From positions 6,169 through 70,168 of the forward strand of contig MFGA01000006.1 in NCBI GenBank assembly GCA_001778095.1: 64,000 bases of DNA, written 5' to 3'. Below, piece by piece: positions 39,539 to 48,273 of this stretch; the stretch's first letter is position 1; each line of letters opens with the position of its first letter. A program made the translations under genes and the position numbers. The notes under the pieces were generated by a model, which searched no databases, was not told the origin of the DNA, and was given only the letters and a program-made list of their open reading frames with translations. This stretch comes from Candidatus Falkowbacteria bacterium RIFOXYA2_FULL_38_12. Lineage in GTDB: Bacteria > Patescibacteriota > Patescibacteriia > XYB2-FULL-38-15.

Positions 39539-40834
39539 ATGTCATTAAATATCAAAAACAAAATTAAATCTTTCCCTAAAACCCCCGGCGTTTATTTAAT
39601 GAAAAATAAAAATGGGGAGATTATTTATGTTGGAAAAGCCGGTTCGCTCAAAAATCGCGTGGCCAGTTATTTTAATCGTCCGCATGATATTAGAATAGAA
39701 AAAATGGTCAGCGAGATTAGTGACATTGATTACCAAATGACTCCGACAGTGATTGAAGCTTTGGTTTTGGAGGCGAACTTAATTAAAAAATATCTGCCGA
39801 AATATAATATCCGGGAAAAGGACGATAAGTCATTTCTTTACCTTGGTTTTTCTAAAGAAGTTTTTTCTCGCGTAATAATGTTACGCGGTCACGAGGTAGA
39901 GGAAGTGAAAAATGAGAAGTTAAAAGTGAAAAGTGATAATCAAAAATATAAAATCGGAAAGTTATTTGGTCCATATACGAGCGCCGGAGCGCTTAGAACC
40001 GCGCTTGATATTTTAAGGAAAATTTTTCCTTTCCGCGATTGTTTGGTTTTTCCCAAAAGACCGTGCTTGCAATATCAACTCGGCCATTGTGGAGCCCCTT
40101 GCGCCAATTTAATCAGCCAAAAAGAGTACACAAAAAATATTAATAACTTAAAATTATTTTTTGCAGGGAAAAAGGAAAAAATTATTAAAAAATTGAGTAA
40201 AGAAATGACCATAGCCAGCAAGAAGCAAGATTTTGAAACAGCGGGAAAAATAAGAAACCAAATTTTTGCTCTAAACCATATTCGCGATGTCGCTATGCTT
40301 AGAAAAGAAGAAGAAAAAAATATTGATTACGGGCGAGCCGGTGCAAAAAATATTTTTTATCGCATTGAGGGGTATGATATTTCAAATATCAGCGGAACCT
40401 CGGCGACGGGGAGTATGGTTGTTTTTCTAAACGGAGAGCCGGATAAAAATGAATATAGAAAATTTAGAATAAAGACAGTCGTCGGACCAAACGATACGGC
40501 AATGCTTAGGGAAGTTTTGTCGCGAAGACTCGAAAGAGCCGTTCGCGATTCTTACAATTGGCCGGCGCCGGATTTGATCCTGATTGATGGTGGCAAGGGG
40601 CAAGTGAATGTGGCAGAAGAAATTTTAAAGCAATATAAATTGAACATCCCGCTTGTTGGAGTGGCAAAGGGATATGATCGCAAGCAGGATCGCTTTGTCT
40701 ATGATGAAAAAAACATCAAGTTGGCTGATTTTATTGCGAATAATAAAAATTTATTGCTAAAAGTCCGCGATGAGGCACACAGATTTGCGGTCGGGTATCA
40801 TAAGTTTTTGAGAAAAAAGAGCTTGTTAAAATAG
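39539..40834 (+). CDS. uvrC: excinuclease ABC subunit C (short, lacks C-terminal HhH)
   Basis: PGVYLM..IYVGKA, IEGYDISN, LIDGGKGQ, RDEAHRFA. Confidence 0.92.
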   Translation: MSLNIKNKIKSFPKTPGVYLMKNKNGEIIYVGKAGSLKNRVASYFNRPHDIRIEKMVSEISDIDYQMTPTVIEALVLEANLIKKYLPKYNIREKDDKSFLYLGFSKEVFSRVIMLRGHEVEEVKNEKLKVKSDNQKYKIGKLFGPYTSAGALRTALDILRKIFPFRDCLVFPKRPCLQYQLGHCGAPCANLISQKEYTKNINNLKLFFAGKKEKIIKKLSKEMTIASKKQDFETAGKIRNQIFALNHIRDVAMLRKEEEKNIDYGRAGAKNIFYRIEGYDISNISGTSATGSMVVFLNGEPDKNEYRKFRIKTVVGPNDTAMLREVLSRRLERAVRDSYNWPAPDLILIDGGKGQVNVAEEILKQYKLNIPLVGVAKGYDRKQDRFVYDEKNIKLADFIANNKNLLLKVRDEAHRFAVGYHKFLRKKSLLK

Positions 40835-40910
40835 GGGAAGGTGGTATCATAAAACCAATAAGCGCAGTATCAAATTACCTATTTTCACTTATAATCTTAA
40901 TAACTAAATT

Positions 40911-41972
40911 ATGAAAAACCTAAACAACAAAGAGCAAATCAAAAGATTAGACAAAAATAACGTCCTGGGGTCCATTGAATTCCTGGGAAAACAATGCGAC
41001 CAGGCTTGGGGGGAAGTAAAAAAGATTAAAATTCCGGCAAGCTACAAACAAGTCCAAAATATTATTGTCGCGGGAATGGGTGGATCCGCTCTCGGCGCCG
41101 ACATAATCAACGCGGTTTTTGCCGATCGTCTCAAATTTCCCATCCATGTAGTCAGAGACTATTCCTTGCCTCGCTACGTCGGACCAAAAACACTACTCAT
41201 TTTGTCCAGTTATTCCGGCAGTACGGAAGAAACTTTGACGGTGGGGATTGAGGGAGCAAAAAGAAAGGCGAAAATTATCGGCATTGCTACCGGAGGAAAA
41301 TTGGGAGTATTTTTGAAAGAAAAAAAATATCCGGCTTATGTTTTTGAACCAAAAAATAATCCTTCAAATGAACCGAGAATGGGTTTGGGATATTCAATCG
41401 TTGGTCAAATGGGGTTGCTGCAAGGTTGCGGCCTTCTCAAAATATCCGATTCGGAGGTAAAAGAAGTTGTTGAAGTAATAAGGGCTTTTAGTGAAGAATT
41501 TGGAGTTGAGTCTAGCACTAATCTTGCCAAAGATTTTGCCGAAAAACTAAAAAAGAGATTACCTATCTTGGTAGGATCGGAATTTTTAGCCGGAAATGCG
41601 CATGCCATTGCTAATCAAATCAACGAAAACGCAAAATGCTTTGCCAATTATTTTATTTCTCCGGAGCTGAATCATCACTTGATGGAAGGATTAAAAAATC
41701 CCATGACAAATCGTAAGAATCTAAAGTTTGTTTTAATTAATTCAAAATTGTATCATCCGCGGAATCAAAAAAGATACGAAGTGCTAAAAGAAGTATTAAG
41801 AGGAAATAGAATAGATTTTATTGAATATTTACCTAAATCGGAAACGAAGCTCGCTCAGTCTTTTGAAATTTTGGTTTTTGGAAGCTATTTGAGTTTTTAT
41901 TTGGCGATGCTTTACGACGTTGATCCATCTTTGATACCTTGGGTAAAATTGTTTAAGGAGAGGTTGAAATAA
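40911..41972 (+). CDS. bifunctional phosphoglucose/phosphomannose isomerase (SIS)
   Basis: GMGGSA, SSYSGSTEET, NENAK, PELNH. Confidence 0.9.
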   Translation: MKNLNNKEQIKRLDKNNVLGSIEFLGKQCDQAWGEVKKIKIPASYKQVQNIIVAGMGGSALGADIINAVFADRLKFPIHVVRDYSLPRYVGPKTLLILSSYSGSTEETLTVGIEGAKRKAKIIGIATGGKLGVFLKEKKYPAYVFEPKNNPSNEPRMGLGYSIVGQMGLLQGCGLLKISDSEVKEVVEVIRAFSEEFGVESSTNLAKDFAEKLKKRLPILVGSEFLAGNAHAIANQINENAKCFANYFISPELNHHLMEGLKNPMTNRKNLKFVLINSKLYHPRNQKRYEVLKEVLRGNRIDFIEYLPKSETKLAQSFEILVFGSYLSFYLAMLYDVDPSLIPWVKLFKERLK

Positions 41973-42047
41973 AATAAATTTTATTAAGAGTATAGAAAAT
42001 TTTGCATATCACCCCAATTTTAGTATACAGATTCCGTATAATAACGA

Positions 42048-42723
42048 GTTATCGGAAATAATGAAAAATTTATTATGATTACTGAAAGCTCCATAAAATT
42101 TAATCGCGAAAAATTAGGCAAAACTATTGAAGTAGGAAATGCCTCGCCACATATCGAGCGAGTTTTAGCAATAGCCCAAGAAGCGTGCATTGACCCAAGG
42201 ACTGCAGATCAAAAAACTACAAAAAAAGGATTTCTTGTATATCCGCTGGATAAAAAACGGTATGAGCAAAGGGCAAATGGAAATGATTTTTTCATTACTT
42301 TTTCAGAAGAAGGCAGAGTAAAAGGTTTTTTGATGTGTTATGATCGTTCATTTTTGCAAAATCTGATTAGTGAAGGTGAAATAGGTCACGAAGATGGCAT
42401 TATCAGCTATTTAACAAAAAATACAGAACCTGAAGATAATTTTTTATACGGAGACCAGATTGGTATTTCCGCGGAAAATCGTACTAGAGAAGCAGGAACA
42501 ATACTAATGGAAAAGGTTTTTGCAAAAATGAAGGATAGAAGTATGCGCAATATGTATGTAGCTATTCTACATGGCCCGATTCGCAATGAAGCAAGTATAA
42601 ATTTTGTGGGGCGTTTAGGATTTGAAAATATCACCGAAGTTACTAATTCTGATGGACTTGTGTGGGGCATTTATCACGCCGACATTTCAAAAGAATAATA
42701 AATTTTTCATTATTTCCGATAAC
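42048..42723. mobile_element. cassette-like unit bounded by perfect 29-bp inverted repeats
   Basis: gttatcggaaataatgaaaaatttattat (42048-42076) / ataataaatttttcattatttccgataac (42695-42723). Confidence 0.6.
42075..42698 (+). CDS. GNAT-family acetyltransferase
   Basis: YGDQIGIS..NR..AGT.L, NEASINF..LGF. Confidence 0.75.
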   Translation: MITESSIKFNREKLGKTIEVGNASPHIERVLAIAQEACIDPRTADQKTTKKGFLVYPLDKKRYEQRANGNDFFITFSEEGRVKGFLMCYDRSFLQNLISEGEIGHEDGIISYLTKNTEPEDNFLYGDQIGISAENRTREAGTILMEKVFAKMKDRSMRNMYVAILHGPIRNEASINFVGRLGFENITEVTNSDGLVWGIYHADISKE

Positions 42724-42888
42724 GCGGTTACGCTCCACCCATATTGCTAATACAACATTGCATACACGCGAACGGTAGGCGCAATAATTTTGTGTTTTTT
42801 TCTTTTTTTAATTTGCTTTTAGGATAATAAGGTGTTTTTTCTGCCTACGAAGAGGCAGTAAAAAACGATTTATTAGTAATTTCATTTT

Positions 42889-43239
42889 ATGTATATTCTA
42901 AAATTAAAAACAGGCTTCAGCGCTGCCCACCAACTAACTAATGCCTATGATGAAAAGTGTAACGCCTCTATTCATGGACATAATTGGAAGGTTTTGGTTG
43001 AAATAAAGACGGAAAAATTAATCAATAACATGGTTATTGATTTTAAAAAAATTAAAGAAATAATAGATGAACTGGATCATAAAAATTTGAATGAAGTTTT
43101 AGATTTTGAACCAACGGCTGAATTGATTGCAAAATATATTTACGATAAGCTGGTCGATTTTTTGCTAAAAAATAAAAAAATAGAAATTATCGTCACTGTC
43201 TGGGAGGCAGACAACGCCTCAATCACTTATTTTGAATAA
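42889..43239 (+). CDS. queD: 6-pyruvoyl/6-carboxytetrahydropterin synthase
   Basis: FSAAHQL, C..IHGHNW, LDHKNLN, PTAE, VWE. Confidence 0.92.
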   Translation: MYILKLKTGFSAAHQLTNAYDEKCNASIHGHNWKVLVEIKTEKLINNMVIDFKKIKEIIDELDHKNLNEVLDFEPTAELIAKYIYDKLVDFLLKNKKIEIIVTVWEADNASITYFE

Positions 43240-43251
43240 CAACACGCTGAT

Positions 43252-43803
43252 ATGCAAAAAATAATTAAATCCCTACTCGTCAAAATTGGTGAAAATCCAA
43301 ATCGAGATGGACTAAAAGAAACTCCCGATAGAGTATCGCAAATGTATACAGAATTTTTTTATGGATACGATAAGGGTAAAAAGCCAAAAATTACAGTTTT
43401 TGATAACGAACAATCAAGCAATGACCAGATAATTATTGATAAGGGGTATTTCTATAGTTTTTGCGAGCATCATATGATGCCTTTTTTTGGTGAATACTAT
43501 TTTGCATACGTCCCTGACAAAAAAATTATCGGATTGAGTAAAATATCTAGAATAGTTGATTATTATGCCTCAAAGCTACAAGTACAAGAAAGACTGACGA
43601 TGGAAATTTTAGATGAATTAGAAAATAAGTTAAAGCCTAAGGGGCTGGCCATTATTATGTCTGCGAGACATTTGTGTAAAGAAATGAGAGGGGTTAAAAA
43701 AAATAAAGTTGAAATGACGACACATGATTTTAGGGGTATTTTTGCAGATAACAGCAAAAAGAAAAAAGAGCTTTTGGATGTAATTTCTCTGACAATAAAA
43801 TAA
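43252..43803 (+). CDS. folE: GTP cyclohydrolase I
   Basis: GLKETPDRV, S.CEHH..PF, GLSKI.R, QVQERLT, HLC..RG. Confidence 0.93.
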   Translation: MQKIIKSLLVKIGENPNRDGLKETPDRVSQMYTEFFYGYDKGKKPKITVFDNEQSSNDQIIIDKGYFYSFCEHHMMPFFGEYYFAYVPDKKIIGLSKISRIVDYYASKLQVQERLTMEILDELENKLKPKGLAIIMSARHLCKEMRGVKKNKVEMTTHDFRGIFADNSKKKKELLDVISLTIK

Positions 43804-43990
43804 TACGGAAAAATTGAAGAGCATGGCGCCGAAATTGTTTCTGATTTTCTAAAATATCAGAACGTGGATGACGGTTTTATTGAAAGAGTTAAACTTTTGG
43901 TCAGATGAGGATTCGGGCGGGGTTAAAAATACCAAGCTATTAAAAAATACGGCATTTCTTGCCGTATTTTTAATTATGTCAGATAAAAAG

Positions 43991-45961
43991 TTATTCCGTC
44001 GCAGTTTTTTCTTCGCAAATAGTGTCAGTATAAATTATTTCATCGCTTACTTTCACCAAACTTTTTAAGTCATCAATATATTTTTCCACTGCGCTCTGGG
44101 GCAGTCTTTCTTTGGAATAGAATTTATTATAAAGCCCGGTTCGGGCATTTCCCAGCAGAACAATTTTGCTGTCAATGTAGGTGATATCCCCAAGGCATTT
44201 TGATAAGGCGCTATCGGGGTGGTTGTCGGAAAAAATACTGTTGCCCATGAAGGAGGGCATTTTTTTATAGTCCCCTTTGTCTAGTAGATTTAGTATGGTG
44301 GGAGCTATATCAATTTGGCTGGCGAAATTTTGCGCGATTGTTGGCTTATCCTCAAAGGGGGTAGTGATGACAAAAGGAATTTCATTGTAATTGTATAAAT
44401 TTTCTAAAGAATTAACAGGGAAATCGTAATATCTATGGTCGCCGAAGATTACAACTATTGTTTTATCCGACAAGTCGTTTTTTTCCAGCTCAAAATACAT
44501 GTTTTTTATACTATTGTCTATTTCGGCGAGGAAGCCAAAATAGTTTCGGATAGTTTCCTCTTTGGCGGTTACCGCAAGCGAGCTGTTATTCAATGTTTCG
44601 GTGTATGGTTTTATGACGACATTATTTTTTTTCGCCTGATAATCAATCAATTCTTGATTGTGCGGGTCATGGGAAGTAAAGCCAATAACATAATTAAATG
44701 TTGGTTGGTTGGATTCTTTCATTTTTTCGATCATTGCGCTCAAAACTTCTCTGTCGCTGGTTTTTTGGCGAAAAAAGGGAGTGAAGTATGATTCATTAAA
44801 CCCCCACTTTCCCACTAATTTATCTCTCTCCCAAAAACTGGCGAGATTAGCATGGAAGATTTTAGTTTGGTAATTGTACTTATCTCTTAAAATTGAAGGA
44901 AGGCAATTTAGATTATTATTTTCTTCATGAAAACTTATCGGGTCAAACGAGTCGGGGATAAAACTGCAGAGAGAGGGAAATTCCGCGTTAACTGTTTGGC
45001 AACTATTGGCAAAAAAGTGGTCGACGCTAATATTTTTTTCTATCAATTTTTTTAAATATGGCATTGGGGTGGGATCTTGTTTGAATACCCAAGAGCCGAC
45101 AGACTCCAATTGATAAAAAATAATATGAGGGGCTTCAGGGATTACCGGAAGAATATTTTTTTTGTCGTTTTTTTCTTCTATTCCCGAGAGTTGACTTAGA
45201 TAATATCTTGCCAAGTCTTTTTTATCGGTTGCTTCCGGGAGCGAGGCTATTTTTATTGCTTGATTGATGATTTCTTTGTCTTCTTCTTTGGCAAAAATTG
45301 TTTTTATTTCGCCATCGATAAATTCGTAAAATTCTCCGTAGAGATGTCCGGCGAATCCGTAGTCCAACGAATATTCTCGCGAGTCCCACCAGCTTTCCCG
45401 CGGATTTTTTTCATAGTAAGCGGCGACGGAAACGGCCGCGACATTCGCAAAAAGTATAATGGCAAAGAGTCCCGAGCGAGCAAAGATACTTCTTTTTTGA
45501 GCGGTTTTGAAATTATGAAGGAGTAAAAAAGGATTCTGATTAGCCTCTCTTTTTGAAAGAGTTGAAGAAAAAATAAAAACAGAAAGGAGTAAAAAACCAA
45601 GTAAAAAGATGCTTTTGGGGATTAAAAAAGAAAAGTCAGCGATAAAATTAACAAAAGAAAAATTTATTTGCGTTAGTTGGTTTAGGCTAAAGTTGATGAA
45701 GGTGTTAAAGACTCTGAAATAGGCTAAGTTAATAACAGAGTAGAGAAGAAAGGCGAAAAAAATAGTTGAGGAAATAATAATTCCGCGAACGGTTTTTTGC
45801 AGATTGGCGAGAGTGATAAAACTTATGGAAAGAAGCAGAAAAAACAAAAAAGAGACGAAAGAAAATTTCGCCTCTAGGGAACTGCTATATAGAAAAAAAT
45901 AAGCAACAGAAACAGCGATAAAAAAAAGACCGGAAAATATTTTTATATTTCTTTTAAACAT
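43991..45961 (-). CDS. LTA synthase/sulfatase family membrane protein
   Basis: N-terminal TMs, QLES, T..AE, TSH.P, FGDH, SQIDIAPTIL. Confidence 0.85.
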   Translation of the reverse strand: MFKRNIKIFSGLFFIAVSVAYFFLYSSSLEAKFSFVSFLFFLLLSISFITLANLQKTVRGIIISSTIFFAFLLYSVINLAYFRVFNTFINFSLNQLTQINFSFVNFIADFSFLIPKSIFLLGFLLLSVFIFSSTLSKREANQNPFLLLHNFKTAQKRSIFARSGLFAIILFANVAAVSVAAYYEKNPRESWWDSREYSLDYGFAGHLYGEFYEFIDGEIKTIFAKEEDKEIINQAIKIASLPEATDKKDLARYYLSQLSGIEEKNDKKNILPVIPEAPHIIFYQLESVGSWVFKQDPTPMPYLKKLIEKNISVDHFFANSCQTVNAEFPSLCSFIPDSFDPISFHEENNNLNCLPSILRDKYNYQTKIFHANLASFWERDKLVGKWGFNESYFTPFFRQKTSDREVLSAMIEKMKESNQPTFNYVIGFTSHDPHNQELIDYQAKKNNVVIKPYTETLNNSSLAVTAKEETIRNYFGFLAEIDNSIKNMYFELEKNDLSDKTIVVIFGDHRYYDFPVNSLENLYNYNEIPFVITTPFEDKPTIAQNFASQIDIAPTILNLLDKGDYKKMPSFMGNSIFSDNHPDSALSKCLGDITYIDSKIVLLGNARTGLYNKFYSKERLPQSAVEKYIDDLKSLVKVSDEIIYTDTICEEKTATE

Positions 45962-46023
45962 TTTTTCTGCTTGTTATATCTTCATTAACTATACTATTGC
46001 GGGGGAGGGAAGACAAGAAAAAC

Positions 46024-46623
46024 TTACTTCTTGATTATCTTATCAATAATCCCGTATTTCAAGGCCTCTTCGGCGGACATGAAATAATCGCGATCGGTAT
46101 CTTTTTCAATTTTTTCCAAAGACGATCCGGTATGGGTAGAAAGAATTTTATTCAGCCTGTCTTTCATTTTTAAAATTCTTTCAGCTCTGATTTTTATATC
46201 AGTTGCTTGTCCTTCCGCTCCGCCCATAACTTGATGAATCAAAATTTCCGCGTTGGGCAGGGCAAACCTTTTTCCTTTTGTGCCGGAGGCGAGAAGAACG
46301 GCAGACATACTCGCAGCGAGACCTACGCAGATCGTGGAAACGTCTGGTTTTATATATTGAATGGTGTCGTAAATGGCCAAACCGGCTGTTACCGATCCAC
46401 CGGGACTGTTTATGTAAATTTTAATATCTTTTTCTTTGTCTTGGCTTTCCAAAAAAAGAAGTTGGGCGATAATAGAATTGGCTATTCCGTCGTCAACCGT
46501 ATCGCCGAGGAAAATAATGCGATCTTTTAAAAGGCGAGAGTAGATGTCATAAGCCCTTTCGCCATGGGTTGTTTTTTCAATGACAGTCGGGATAAGATAG
46601 TTCGATTTTATGCTGTTGCTCAT
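46024..46623 (-). CDS. clpP: ATP-dependent Clp protease proteolytic subunit
   Basis: [29 protein letters not shown]. Confidence 0.97.
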   Translation of the reverse strand: MSNSIKSNYLIPTVIEKTTHGERAYDIYSRLLKDRIIFLGDTVDDGIANSIIAQLLFLESQDKEKDIKIYINSPGGSVTAGLAIYDTIQYIKPDVSTICVGLAASMSAVLLASGTKGKRFALPNAEILIHQVMGGAEGQATDIKIRAERILKMKDRLNKILSTHTGSSLEKIEKDTDRDYFMSAEEALKYGIIDKIIKK

Positions 46624-46747
46624 ATTTTAAGCTTAATTCAAATCTACGAATGAAATCCAATGTACAAATTTTGTCTAGCTTAAATTTATTTGTATATTTG
46701 GATAAAATTTGTAGATTAGGATTCAGATAATATTTATAATGCTAATT

Positions 46748-47713
46748 TTATTCCACTCTCCAACTATTCCCCATTTTAATCAAATTCCCCTCTATTGTAA
46801 AACCGGCGGCTTTTTGGTGTCCGCCTCCGCCGAAGATTTTGGCTAGGCGGGAAACATCTATTTCTTTGGTTGTTGTCCGAAAACTTCCTTTTATTTTTCC
46901 GGGCTCAAGGGCTTTTAAAACCAAGACAACTTTTGCTCCTTTCAGATTATTTAAAAAATTGGTCACTCCTTCAAGAGCTTCTTCGTCCAGGTTGGTCGAG
47001 CGCAAATCATCAGCCGTAATAATCGTCGTGACCATATTCAATTTTTTATTTTCAGTCAGTCTGGACAATACTTCCCCCCAAAATTTAAGAGTGGGTAATG
47101 ATTTATTTTTCAAAACATTTACGGATATTTCATTCATCTTCGCGCCGAGATTTAAAAGGTGGCTCGCAATCTCAAGCGAGGAAAAAGTTGTAGCCGGATT
47201 GGAAAAATTGGAAGTATCGGTTACGAGACCGGTTAAAAGAAAAGTCGCCGTTTTTTTATTGATTGCAAAATTAAATATTTTGAAGAGATTAAAAATAATT
47301 TCGGACGTGGAGGAAGATTCGGGAAAAACAAAATTCAAAGTTCCAAAATTTTCGTTTGTTTGATGGTGGTCGATATTGACCACCGGAATGGCCGAAGAGA
47401 GATTTTTTAGTTGTTTCTCTATGCCGGTTTGTTTCAGGTCTCCTGAGTCCAAAATAAAAATAAGATCATAATTTTCCAGCGCGAGATTCAAAGGGTCTGT
47501 GTAAATCTTTTCTTCTTTTAATAAAAAATTAAAGGAAGAGGAGGTTGGACCAACGGCAAAAAGATCATGTTCTTTTTTTATGGTCTTAAAAAATTGAGAC
47601 AAGGCCAAAATAGAACCAAGAGCGTCGCCGTCAGGTTTTTGATGAGATAAAATTAGGGTTCTCTTAGACCCTGAAATCAATTGCTGGAGTTTATTTAATG
47701 CTATTTGATTCAT
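46748..47713 (-). CDS. nrnA: DHH-family oligoribonuclease/PAP phosphatase NrnA
   Basis: HQKPDGDALGS, IDHH, TDT, GGGHQKAAG. Confidence 0.9.
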   Translation of the reverse strand: MNQIALNKLQQLISGSKRTLILSHQKPDGDALGSILALSQFFKTIKKEHDLFAVGPTSSSFNFLLKEEKIYTDPLNLALENYDLIFILDSGDLKQTGIEKQLKNLSSAIPVVNIDHHQTNENFGTLNFVFPESSSTSEIIFNLFKIFNFAINKKTATFLLTGLVTDTSNFSNPATTFSSLEIASHLLNLGAKMNEISVNVLKNKSLPTLKFWGEVLSRLTENKKLNMVTTIITADDLRSTNLDEEALEGVTNFLNNLKGAKVVLVLKALEPGKIKGSFRTTTKEIDVSRLAKIFGGGGHQKAAGFTIEGNLIKMGNSWRVE

Positions 47714-48044
47714 CTTGAATTTGCGCGATTAATCTTTCCACCTCCTCGGCTTCGGATTCTCCGGTATCAAGCTTGAAAATCAGTTTGGGAATAAATTTGG
47801 AAGAAGATTTTTTAAAGAATTTTTTTTCAAAACCATGGATTCTTTTGGAGATAGTTTTTAAGGCGACGGGGACAAATTTTTCCGGCAAAATACTAAGCCA
47901 GACTTCTCCATATTTAAGATCCGGAGCAACATTTATCCGGGTTATTGTCGCAAAGCATCCGTTGGGGAATTCAATTTCTTTCAAAAAATATTCACCCAGT
48001 TCTCGCTTTAATAGTTTACTAAATTGTTCAGTGCGTAGGGACAT
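47691..48044 (-). CDS. rbfA: ribosome-binding factor A
   Basis: TITRI.V.PDL..V, IP.L.F.LD; rbfA-nrnA synteny. Confidence 0.85.
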   Translation of the reverse strand: MSLRTEQFSKLLKRELGEYFLKEIEFPNGCFATITRINVAPDLKYGEVWLSILPEKFVPVALKTISKRIHGFEKKFFKKSSSKFIPKLIFKLDTGESEAEEVERLIAQIQDESNSIK

Positions 48045-48100
48045 AATGTTAATAGGTTTTTAAGTTAATAATTCGTTTTCCTTCTTTATCTACCCCAATT

Positions 48101-48180
48101 CGTCATCCCGAGCTTGTCGAGGGATCTCTCGCCGTGGTTAAAGAATTACAATGGGATTTCTCGACAAGCTCGAAATGACA
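48101..48180 (+). repeat. GTCATCCCGAGCTTGTCGA palindromic repeat (family 3)
   Basis: Same as 13074-13185 without the nested insert. Confidence 0.85.
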
Positions 48181-48273
48181 GTATGGGCGTCCGATTCCAG
48201 ATTTTTAATTTCCCAGCATACCATTCTCTATCATACTTGTAAAGCCTCTTTATAGATAGTATTATAAATAAAT

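Noticed and set aside
42833-42870. preQ1-I riboswitch before queD (hairpin plus taaaaaac)
   Set aside because: The loop is only 6 nt and lacks the conserved loop bases; the A-tail simply pairs with the upstream T-run.
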